Source: Vicugna vicugna
Taxonomy: Eukaryota
DNA length: 64,000 bases
Direction: 5' to 3'
Assembly (NCBI GenBank): GCA_013265495.1
Contig: MU058337.1
Span: forward strand, 1,728,777 to 1,792,776
The position numbers and the translations under genes were made by a program. Each line of letters opens with the position of its first letter. The first letter of the stretch is position 1. This document shows, piece after piece, positions 49,991 through 61,771 of the stretch. A model generated the notes under the pieces. The model searched no databases, had not been told where the DNA came from, and saw only the letters and a program-made list of their open reading frames with translations.

Positions 49991-51599
49991 CACCATCAGT
50001 AGAAACGCCATCCACAAGATGACTTAATAAGTCAGATTGAACAAATCTTTTGTTATCAAGTGGGATTAGCTTTAATTAGCTTTAATAAGATTTGCGTATC
50101 TTTAAGGAAATATTACTGCTGTTACCTTCAAAATTTATAATTTTTTTCATGACTAAGTAAGATCCTTAGAGAACTTTGAATAGTTTGCTAAGTCCTTAGC
50201 AATATTCTGAAGGTGGTTAACAGGTACAGTAACTCTGAAAAGACTGTATTTGATGTTCACAAGTGGCAGATAGTCAAAAACTCACTTCTCATTTTAAAAA
50301 ATGCATTGCTAATAGGAATCATAGTGTAAGTGGTGCTTGAATTCTCAGGTCAGTCCTATAACTGAATAATAATCTTCTAAATATGTTTGCATATCATGAC
50401 ACATTTGTGCCATTGTTTATACGTGCAGAGAAAATAAAGCTCAGACAGGCTAAATGATTTGCCTATAAATGCGATGATATCCGTGAAAGTCCTCTATACG
50501 TAGCAAAGCCCTAAAGGAAGGTATTTTTCTCAGTGTCTTTGCACGTGGAGTGGAGCATCTCCCTTAAACCACTTGTGAAACGTCCTGCTGATTATTCATA
50601 GGAAGATGCCCTTTGGTAGTAGACAGCATGTCATCAGTGAAGTGTTCACTGTAAACAGCGTACTTGTGCGGCGCTCTTTGTAATGAGTGAAAGAGAGGGT
50701 CACTTGTCTAAAGAGCACTTGGACTCCGCAGTGCGACAGATGAGAAACAAGGTGAGACCTTGCTGTTCTGAGAACACAGGCAGGAGTTAGAAGTGGAGCG
50801 TGTGAAGATGCTGGAGGAGGAGGCATGGTCTGTTCAGTGCTTTCAGCGCCTTTCCTGTCTTCACACTGCTCTCTCACAGATGCTCGCAGTGGTGGCGGTG
50901 TTCATTCCGCACCGTGGCGCTCCCCACTGCCGTCATCCTGGAGGGGGCTGGTGGTCACTGATGCTGAAAGACGACCTCATCTGGTGTCTGAGGTTCTAGC
51001 TGACATTGAACTGTTGATGAAAACCAGTCTTCCTACTCTTTGAGTCTCTGTTGCATCATTGGTCAGATTAGAAATGCCTTCAGCTTGAAATTCAAGTTGT
51101 CCATTTGGCCTAGAATGTCGAAAAGATAAGCCTGCTTTCTTCCTGAACTAAGGAAAGGGTTCTGAGCTTTACATAAATGTAGGCTGGGGCCTGAAAGCCA
51201 GTTGAGTCTGGGAGCAGAAACAGAGTAAACATGGAAACAGACACGTCTCAAGGGACAAGGTCATGGGGTGGCTGGCTTCTAAGGACAGAGGCCATGTGTC
51301 CAGAGACACTCTGAGAATGAAGTTTGCCCTGGTAACTTCTTAACTCATGGCATGCTTGATTTTCTGCCTTCAGCTGGTGGCAAAGCCTTAGGACTAAGAA
51401 ATGATTTGGGGGAGATTTGAGTGTTATTTCCGTAGGTCTCAGGAAGGCACCTAGAACACCCACCAGGCAATGGCAGGAAAGAGGGAATGCCTGAGATTTG
51501 GCCAAACCACTGAGAAATTCTCATGTCTATGGAGGGATGCTGGGAAATGCACTGGAGGCCAACTCGGTCCACCAGCTACATCATTTTGGAGGCCCTGAA

Positions 51600-51810
51600 A
51601 TCAAATGGCAAGAACATCTGAGCATCTAATCCTGAATCCACTGCCTGGGCTGGGGGAGATCTCGGTAAAGCCGTCCCCATCACTCCTCAATTTCCTAATC
51701 TAAAATGGGAGTAATATCCACTCCTTCTTACCTGTGAACATGTTGTGTAGATTAACATGATGGCGTTTGAAAGGTGCTATTTAAATATAATATGTTATTA
51801 AAGTATTATC
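51600..51810 (+). mobile_element. MIR SINE
   Basis: ctcaatttcctaatctaaaatgggagtaata core and ttgtgtagattaacatga tail. Confidence 0.6.
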
Positions 51811-54800
51811 ATTCTAGTTGCTGGTGATTATCTAAAAAGCTTTAAATCACTTGGTTATTTCCGGGATTCAGTTTTCATTGTCAGTTGTGAGTTCTCCTGT
51901 CAAAGACGTAACATTTCTTTGTCACATAGCACAGACCTTATAGTTCTGAGTTTTGGAGTCGGGAACGCAAAGCTGTGTTTCACCTGGATGCATTCAGAAT
52001 TGCGGTCTTGGGGTTTTTAGATACAGATTGCTGTAATAATTTAAAAGGGGTAATGCGGGACTTCTTGAGAATGAGTTTTTTACCTTGCCTGCAAATTTTT
52101 TTTTGGAGGATGAAGTGAAAAATGTGGTCAAGGCCAATTAAAGGATCACATCATTATTTAGCTACAGATAAAGTGAAATATGAAAATCCAGAGATTACCG
52201 GCAGAGCAATTCCATCTGCCTGGCACATGTCTGTATAGATTCTATCCATTTCTCTATTCATTGCCCAACTGTAAAAACTTCATGCCGCTCCCCAGAAGGC
52301 TGTCTTGTCTTTACTGTTTTCTTTATGCATATTGGATATTTCTCATTCAATCGCCCCGACCCAGAATTTTTTTTCTTTACCATAAAAGTATATCTATTCT
52401 AGGTAGAAGCCCTGATAATCTGGGCCATGTAGAATTCTTTGTGGTTCATGTGAAGTGAATGTTGCTTTTTCTAAACTTCTTTTGCCTTTTGACCCCTATA
52501 TAATCAATACTGGAGTGTTTTCACTTTAACGTATTGGGTGGTTGAAAGAAACGTGATTGAATGTCTGTTTACTTCCTGAGCCAAGATATTTCTCACTTGT
52601 TATACAAGTCGGTGGTTAATGGAACAGGGGCAAGGGGACCCAGTCTGGGTACACGAAATGATAGCATAACCTTTCCTGCAAGCTTCAGAAAGAAAATTTA
52701 ATATGAAATGTTTAGAACAGTCTTAAGACTTTCCCCCTTAACCTCACTGCATTTACATACTCGACGAAGAGTCAAGAGGAGACCCATTCGCACTTTTATG
52801 ACCTGTATTTCTCCTTTCAAAATGAGAGTGGCTTTTCCTAATGTCACTGTGCACCCCTCCAAATGCAGGCTATTTTTTACCTCCTGGAACCTTTAAGGGA
52901 TTTTTAAAGTCTAGTTAGTTTCTTTCCATTGGTAGCGACTTGACAGAGATGGGCAGGTGGGTATAAAGGTACAACTTATTAAGTCTGAGAGGGTTTTGTT
53001 TCAAAAGTGTTACTTTAATGATTCCCCTACCATGTCCACGTACTTGTCGACAATTTATGACGAATGCAGTGACCTCAAAACCAGTAGATCTAAAAACTGA
53101 TTCCTTTTCATTCCCGTAGACTTTGGCTTTTCCATTTTTAACATGTGGAGGGCACTTCCTTTAGTAGAACTCTCTCCATTAATAACTTTACATATCCATC
53201 ATTCAGAGAAAACTTTCCAGCCTGTTTTCGATTAGAAATTACTCTAGTCTCCTGTTTGAATTAAAAGAAAAAGGGAAAAGGGTGGTTTTTTAGTAGACAT
53301 CCAGGCTACTGTTACTTACATGATGCTTGAGACACCTGAGGCCCCACACAAAGACAGCAAATGGTGACACGTGGTGCAATTCCAACCTTCCTCACTGCTG
53401 AGCGTGGTCCGGTCACTCCCTTTCCTTCTCTGTTGGGCGGGCCTTCCTGACAGAGACACACACCCCGTCCGTCTCAGGAAGAGCTGTGGGCACGCCCACC
53501 TGGTAGTGTGTCTTCCCCACTCCGTGTCCCGCGCTAACAAAGGCGAACTTCGTTCTCTCTCTTTCTGTTGTCTGTCGCGGCATTCAAGTTCTTTGCACGC
53601 CAAGGTTTTCAGTCTGTACCTTGAGCAGAAGAGAAGAGAGCCGAGTATCACACTATTGTCAAAGGGTTAAGATGGCTTACAGAGGTTAATTTGAAATGAC
53701 ACTGCGGAGCTCAACAGTTCACGATGGCCATTTTCATTTATTTGCCAATTTTGCATGTTTCCTGCATGAAAAGGCTACCTTGGGAAATAGCCCTGTTTTA
53801 TTGATTGTTATTCTAAATGAATTAAACAACAAAGCAAATGACGAGTGGACCCTCACTGACGTGTAAGTGTGCAAGATACATTTTCAGTAAACAACTACCA
53901 GCAAATAATCAAGAAATGCAGACTCATATATGATGCAACATTCAATCAGCAAATCCTTTTGCATTATGGCTTTCAAACTATTTTCTCCTTTCCACGTGGA
54001 AACACCATGTCAAGGAATTAACACTCACTATTTGGTTTCATTGGCATGCTCACTCACCAACTGTTGCTCATAAATTAGGATTCATAGAACATTCCTAAAA
54101 ATCTGTCAAACTCTCCATTTTTAGCAGGCAAGAGTTTGTTGCGGCAAACCGGGCTGCTCAGTTTACTATGTGAGTTTGAGACGCTGAAAAGCTGGGGTAG
54201 TGTCATACCAGCTGCTGCAGGCTGCTAGTTATTAGAGAATTGAGAGGGGGTGTGTGATTCTAAAACTGTCTTTTCTCTTTTTCAAATACACCATTGTTTG
54301 AAAAAGAGGTGGTTTTATTGCCTCCACGTGAGCATTTTGTCGTCTTCAGGTGTGACAGCTTGCCCCGTAACCGAGCACACACAGTTTCTCCTCCGTGTCC
54401 TTGAATCTCACCTCGCTCTTTCCTCTTCCATGGTCCCTATTCAAAATACAGCCTCCAAAATAGTCATCCTACTGTTTCTTTTTATCACTTCAATTGGTGA
54501 AGTTTCAGTTTTTTCCTTTTATCTGAAATTGTTAAGAGGTATATAAAAAGTTAAAAAAAAAAATCAGACACTCGATTGCCAAGTATTCGGATGCCTGGTG
54601 GTAGATACACAATTTGAATGAGTGACCCGATTTGTCGTTTCATCTGGGCATCAAGATTTGAAGAGGGAGGGAAGTGGGGAGAGAGAGAGAGAGAACTTGA
54701 ACCCTTTTGCTTGTTTTTCTTGGAGGGCCTCTTCTTGTTCAAGCAAATTACCTCATTCTTTTCTTGGCCTCTTGTCTGTTCTTTCCCATCTCTTTGATCT

Positions 54801-55246
54801 ATTTTACTATTTTTCTGAAATCAAAGGATGATCAATCAATGACAAATTCCAATCACTTGTTGAAGTTCTGTAGGACACACAGCGCTGTGGACACCTGCAA
54901 CGTGAAGCAGTCCTGACCTGTGGTCTGTGCATTTTTAAGACCCAACGTTCAAAACACCCAGTGACTCAGTAACATGATAATATTGCATGCTTATGGATGC
55001 AGAACCGTGTGATTTAAGCTGCATACACAAACGGGACATGGAAAACGTTTGGTTGAAGATATTTTTCAAGGTTGCGAGTGACAGTGACGGTTGATAAAAA
55101 GTAACTGAGTAGTTTCTCAGAGTGAAACTGAATTTTCAGCCCCTGGAAATTGGAAGGAATTGTGGATATTCAGAGGAAGTAAAAGATGAGAGGACTGAAA
55201 TATTTTTCTTTTTTGTTCCTAGACAAATAAATATAGTTTTAAAAAT

Positions 55247-55280
55247 TTAATTAATTAATTAATTAATTAATTAATTAATT
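55247..55280. repeat. (TTAA)8 self-complementary microsatellite
   Basis: Read directly. Confidence 0.95.
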
Positions 55281-56868
55281 GAGTCCATTGTAGAAAAAGC
55301 TGCAACTGGGCAAAACTTGCCATTTTCCTGAGAAGTAATGTATGTGCATCTTTTTTCCACTTAATAAAAGACACAAAATGCATGAAATATTTTTCTTTTC
55401 CTCGTTATAGTGTAAAAGTATTAAAAGTCTATGAATCTATTTATTGTGCTAATTGCCCATCCCAGCATTACAGGAGACATTTACTGGTGTGCTCAGCACC
55501 TGTGGTCATGGAATTGGATGGGATTGTCAATGCCGTTCTCTCACTGTTATTAGCTTCCTTTAGGGGTCCAGAAAGGAGAATATTTTTATTGTTATTATTG
55601 TTGACTATCTGCTCTGAGAATCCTGACACACGAGCACGCGGGGAAGCATACATTCAGTGCTGGTGAACAGCTTCTGAGGACGGGCGCGTCTAGGCTTGAC
55701 TTTTGCTACTTCTTGGTGCCCCCTCCCTCCCTTCTTCCCCTTCTCTCCTTTCTTTCCTCCTTTTCATGCATTTATTTCACAACTGGGGGCAGAACTTAGC
55801 TGCCCAGACTCACCACTGAATACCGCCTCTCTCTCTCCCCTCTTCAGTCTATTTGCACAATCAAGCTCAGCAGAAAAAATAGAAATCATTGACAAGTTGC
55901 CAATAGGGTGTTCATTTTAAATGAAGGAAATCGGGGGAAATTTTTATTCTCTAAGTTAAATAGAGAGCACTCATCTTATCTTGCCCTAACATGTATGATG
56001 TCTTAAGTCTGAAGAATGCATCTCATCTGTCTGTGGCACTTGCCTTGCAATTTGGAAATGCTATATGGCTCAGTCTTCCCTCAAAGGGCACAGCAAGTAA
56101 TTTTCAGCTGTCAGCAGCAATCTAGATTGTAATACCTTTGGATATAGTAACCTCAGCTCTTTGCTAACCTTTCTTATCGAAGCCGTAGGAGCAGTTAAAG
56201 GTGTGTCTGGGCAGGAAGCAGAATCCTCCCCAGTGACGCCAGCAGTCAGCTGGACGTCACCTCTCCTCCTTTCATCTGGAGGAAGGCAAATGTCCTGGAG
56301 GAAATCTAGGGGGCTGCTCAGCTGTGGAGGTGGGCCTCCTTAGGACAGAAGGTGGAATCCAATCAGAATCTGTGCTTATGACCATGCCTGTTCTCTCCGT
56401 ATGGGAACTTTTGGGCATTCGCTTCTTGGGGAAAACATAAAGAGAAGGGAAAATGTGAATCTATTCTAGTCTCACGTAATTGTATATCTGTAAGCCCAGC
56501 TCGTGGATCTAAGACCTCAGCAGAGAAACCGAAAGCCTCTGGTAGCACATGTTTTTAATTTCCGACAGACCACAGTCTATTACAGAATGGCTCACCTTGA
56601 AGAGGACAACATCCTTCTGACTCTTTCCTTCCCAACAGTTTCATCCAAAAAACAGCGTCAATTCCTTCAAGAACCGCTTAAGCTGGTGACTTTACTGAGA
56701 AAACAGGAAGAGTTAATGTGGTTTGTCTGAATTATATATACGTCTATATCCTACATTTGTAATGAGTGAGCCAACCTAATCATTCTCATTTAAACAAAAG
56801 AAGAGTAAAAAAATGTATCATAAAGAAACAATATATATGTTTTTATTTTCTAAAGGATTAAATGTCTA

Positions 56869-57214
56869 TTTTATTCTTTTTAGGGGTGAGTAATATTCCA
56901 TTATATCTATATACCACAACTTCTTTTTCTAGTCTTCTGTTGATGGACATTTAGGTGGTTTCCATGTCTTGGCTATTGTATAAGAGATAAACTGGGAGTT
57001 TGAGATTTGAAAATATTAACTACTATATATAAAATAGATAAAAAACAAATTTCTTCTGTATAGCACAGGGAACCATATTCAATATCTTGTAGTAACCCCA
57101 CCTATAATGAAAAAGAATATGAAAACAAATATATGTGTATATATGTATGACTGAAACCTTATGCTGTATACCAGAAGTTGACACATTGTAACTGAAAAAT
57201 TAAAAAAAAATTTT
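56869..57214 (+). mobile_element. Short L1 insertion with 5' inversion (twin-priming type)
   Basis: 56869-56980 is antisense late-ORF2 L1 sequence. 56981-57214 is sense 3' UTR with A tail. Degenerate TSD taaaggattaaatgtcta (56851-56868) and taaaggaattgaatgtcta (57215-57233). Confidence 0.88.
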
Positions 57215-58216
57215 TAAAGGAATTGAATGTCTAAATTTCTTCCTCTTAAATGGGAGAAATAAATTTCCAAAGTTAAATATATATTATCTGATGCTGTGAA
57301 ATAGGGAGCCAGCTCATTCCCTGAGGAAAATGATAGTGTTACTACAGTAGTTTTGATCTCTTAGATTGGATCATATGCGACCACAGGATAACACATTCAG
57401 TTTTGTCCCCTCTTCATTCAAAGCGGCAGAGTTGTTGGTTGGTGGATTATGGGACAAATAGAAGCACACAAAGAAGTTAAGTGAAAAAAAAAGCACTGAG
57501 GGTTAACAGATCTCAGAGGCAGCGGACAATTGAGTCTACAGTCAACTTTCCTTTGTCTTTCTTCTGACCTTTCTCTAACCACATTGTGCGAAGGGGTGAG
57601 GCGTCATTGATGGGACAGAAATGAAAGGTTTCATGAAATGAATGGGTCTGAAGGGGGATTTAAAAGGGCTTTTCAATAGCAAAGGGTGACCGCTCCAACA
57701 GCAGAAAACTCCCAGTCTTCCTTGAGTTAAAAGACTGCAGAGAAAGGAAGGTAATCTTGTTTTAAAATGTGGTGGTGCTTCCCTTTTAGTTAAAAGAAAA
57801 TCTTGTGTGCAATTTTTAAAAATCTCAGCCTTTACATTTTATGGCTGAGTAAATACATTTATAATTTGAGGTATGTTACCTTTTCCTATTCAGAGGGGTC
57901 AGTGCGTGAGAACTTGAGGTCTGAATTAGGTGAAAATGGAAAATTTACTTCTTGGTTGTCTTTTTCTTCTATTTTAGGTTTTCCTAAAATTCAAGAGGGT
58001 TCAGGGTGGGGGATGTTGGTTAAAGAAGACGTAAATAAACTCTATGAACGTGGTGCCTCACAGTCTGATGTCAGCCAGAAGCTCCTTGCCTTCAAGTACC
58101 TCTGTGCAGGTTCATGCTGCAAGGAATCACCCTTAGGGGTCATACAATTTTTATTATCATGGTAATAATTGCTTCCATCCAACACTTACTTAATTTCTCT
58201 CTCTATATGCAGATTT

Positions 58217-58327
58217 TAAATTTTATTTTTAGTAGTATGCCTTTTTTTTAAAATTTCTTAATTTTAATTTTTTTATGGAGGTACTGGGAATTGAACCCAC
58301 TACCACTAAGCTACACCCACCACCCCT
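58217..58327 (-). mobile_element. Vic-1-type SINE with internal deletion
   Basis: tggaggtactgggaattgaaccca|ctaccactaagctacacccacc lacks ~27 bp relative to the 28560 copy. TSD tatatgcagattt at 58204-58216 and 58328-58340. Confidence 0.85.
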
Positions 58328-58340
58328 TATATGCAGATTT

Positions 58341-58556
58341 AAAAAATTTTATTGAAAGATCATTGATTTGCAGCACTGTGTTAGTTTCAGGTGTAAGCAA
58401 AGTGGCTCAGTAATATACATACATATTTTTTTCAGATTCTTTTCCATTATAATTTACTATATGATATTGAATATAATTCCCTGTGCTACACAGCAGGCTT
58501 TGCTGTTGACCTATTTTATATGTAGTAGTTTATATCTGCTAATCTCAAACTCCCAC
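58341..58556 (-). mobile_element. L1 3' UTR fragment
   Basis: Antisense L1 3' end flanked by atatgcagattt at 58329-58340 and 58557-58568. Confidence 0.88.
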
Positions 58557-61394
58557 ATATGCAGATTTGATACATACCCAAAATACATGTTACATATACA
58601 ATATACGTTTACCAACAGACAACCTTTCGTACACTTGAAATTCACCTTCATGATTACTTGCCACTGAATTTTGCCAGGACTAGATAATGCAACTAACTCA
58701 TACTTACTTCCTTTTACTGCTGGAGGACATTCTAGCAGCTTTCAGACTCACCAGGAAAGCCCCAGTTTAGTGCTGACTGTTAATGAGCCCTCCCATGCAC
58801 CTGGCTTTATGGCTGGGAAGAAATCATTTCTCTCGAGGGTCCCATTTCTGTAAACCTCCTTTAAACTAGCAAGAAGATAGTATACAGGCAAAACTCAGGT
58901 TACTCCAAATATTTGGTCTAGAATTTGCTTTTGAAATCCAGTGGGTATTAGAAGTAAGGATTTGAAATCCCCTGGGTACAATAGGTTGCTATTAAATTTG
59001 TGAATGTTTTAAAAGGATTTAATTCAGATAAAAAACCCTTAATTTTCAATTTATATCACAGACAGATTTAACCCTAAAAGGCTAACTAAATTACATGACA
59101 AATTCCTTTACCATTTGAAAAAAAAAAGTGCTTTTCTTTTCTTAAACCAAGTTTAATAATGATAACATCTTCTGTTTGGGGTAAGGATTTACGACAGTGC
59201 TATTTTGGACTTACCATAGAGCTTTATTCTCTCAATTTGATTAAGAAGTGCTCCTTTTAGTGGCTCACCAAGCTCAGTTAGAGAGGTCCTACGAAGACTA
59301 TAGCTCTTGGCCCTGCATGTCCCAGAAACCAGTTCCTCCCTTTAGAAGTTGTTTTGCGGCCTTTGGTTCAAATTTACGCCCCATAGGTAAGAGGTTTACA
59401 TTTGGTTTCTTTTCTGTTAAATACAACTCTTGAGTTTGAAATACAAAAAGTTTCCTGAGAAAAGCTTGTAAAATCTTTGGGGCAGTCTTAACAGTGCTGT
59501 TCAAGTGAATCAGAAACATATGGGTTCAAATTTCTCTGAAAACACATGGTTATTTGTGTTTGGGAGGACAGCTGGGGCTTTGCGGGACCCCAAATTTGAG
59601 ATATGTGACTTCAGGAAGGAGTCTCGGGTATGTAGGAGTGTGCTCTGCAGAGCTGTGTTTACTCATCCCTTACGGAATCCCTCAGCAGAAAGGTCTGGTT
59701 AATATTTCTGTGTTTTGGGGGAGAAAACATGGTGTGAATTTGTTTTTCCTGCCACAAGTGGTCTTGATGCCTGCCACAAAAATTTTAGTGTAACCAACAT
59801 TGTGCCCTATCTTTCTGATGGTGAAATATTTCCTACAACCTCAAGCCATTTGGCTTTCAGGGGACCTCGCTGTTGACAAAATGAAAGATGTGATTTGCTC
59901 ACTGAACCTCAGTTTCCTATTCTGTCATGTAAGGAATGAGCTGGACCTGACCGCAGGGGCTGATCTGGGTTCAAAGCCGGATGAGAATAATTCTTCAGAT
60001 TCCAAAAGGTTGTTTCAATTCATTTTATTATCAAACAACCAAAGAAGCAGTGCAGAGACAAAAAAGATCACAGGCATAGGTGAGTGTGTGCAACCCCGTG
60101 ATGTTATTTCCCCCTTAGATTTTTAAGGAGGTGGTCATGAAATTTGTGGTTTCCTTATGCTTTTGAGGAATGAAAATCTCCAGAGCAGAGAAACCAGAAC
60201 TTGCTGCTCTTTATGGAGTTATTTTATTTTATTTGAGGGGCTCAGGGGAGCAGAGCCCACCGCAGCAATCAGTGGTCCACCCTACCTTACAAATGCAAAT
60301 TCTCGCTACCCCATAGTTACCTAGTTTCTATTTCATTTCTTCCTGTGTGGGAGCCTACTCACTGTCTGGATTCATTTTTTTAAGAAAATAAAAATAAGGT
60401 CCATTTCAGGTTTAAATCCCCAGTATTTGCAACCTGAAATTGTCTCTCTGTGTGTCCACTGAGAGCATCTTAGTCAAAAATCATGACATTCACTTCAATG
60501 GAACCAGAAAAAACCTATTCCAGCAGCAAATGACATTTAAATTTCTAAACAAGCTGGAGAGATATGATTCACTGAATTCCCAGTGTGTTTTTAACCAGAG
60601 TGCTTCATCTGAAGGATGACAACACTTGGTTAATTTGTCACAGTGGAGGAGTGGAGAGGCTCTACCAAAGACATTTTCCAAATAGTAAGAAAGTGCTCAA
60701 GTATCAACACTTTGGTCTTTTAACTATTTTTAGGAAATATTTTTTCCTGAATGTATTTCATGCTTTCCTACCACCATTTTTATAGATGGGGGACAATTTG
60801 ATCTCTTCAACAGTTTCGAGGTCACTATTACAAATATAGGGGCCAACTGAACATCCGTTAAAATTATTCAGTTACCTCATTAGTCCAGCGACGCGAAGTG
60901 GACTGTCCCACCTTTCGGAAGAGGGTAGAAGAATGAAGGCTCGGGGAGGCTCGAGGAGGTTGGGCTGTACCTCATGGCACGTTAGCTCAGTCCTGTCTGG
61001 CTCCGAAACCTACTCTCTCTTCTCTATTCCAGACATGCTTTTCCCCGTGCTAAGATGTAAACACGTGGAACAGGGTAATACAACAACCCAACCTAAGGTT
61101 TTCTTTGTGGCTTGAGCCAAACTGGCCATTTTTTGAGGCAGGTGGCCCACTGGGAAGAATGGACAGATTTCTTTTCCTGTGTAGGGAGGGGAGACCAGAA
61201 TTTATGTTTCTAAGGGACAGGGTTCCCTGGTGATGAGATATCAAATTCTTCTTGATGGTCATTAAATATAATTTGAAAGAAAATGTTTAGCTTAAGGGCT
61301 TTCCTCTTCAAGGGAAAACGGAAGGTTGGAGGGAAGGGCAGGGATTGGGGTGTTCCAGGGAGATATGGGTGATGGTGGTGGTGGCTTGGGAGCT

Positions 61395-61771
61395 TGTGTC
61401 AGTCTGTTTGAACTGCCACAACAGAACACCGCACACGGGTGGTTTAACAGCCGAAATGCACTGTCTCACAGTCTGAAGGCTGGAAGTCCGAGGCCAAGGT
61501 GCCAGCAGGGCTGGTTTCTGGTTCGACCTCTCTCCTGGGTTTGTAGATGGTCCGCTTCTCACTGTGTTTTCTTCTCTCTGTGTGATAGCATGTCGCCTTG
61601 TGTCTCTTTCTCTTCTTGTGAGGTCACTAGACTTTTTAGATTAGAGCCTCACTTTTAGTAGCTCATTTACCCTTAATTATCTCTCAGTGTAGTCCACATT
61701 GCAGGCTAGTGGGTGCTTGGGCTTCAGGGTACAGGGTTTTTAGGGGGAGGGACACAATTCAGCCCCTAACA
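61395..61771 (-). mobile_element. MLT1A-like MaLR solo LTR, full length
   Basis: TG...CA termini (tgtgtcagtc...cagcccctaaca), ctcacagtctgaaggctggaagtccgaggccaaggtgccagcagg, and near-TSD gagct/gaact. Confidence 0.85.

Noticed and set aside
53316-53651. 111-aa - strand ORF ending at a GTAAGT donor
   Set aside because: Peptide is unrecognisable, the acceptor is mediocre, and the donor's exonic bases (CAT) are weak.
2971-61070. Apparent abundance of CACGTG E-boxes (about 20 by eye)
   Set aside because: Dispersed rather than clustered, and no camelid background frequency is available to test enrichment.
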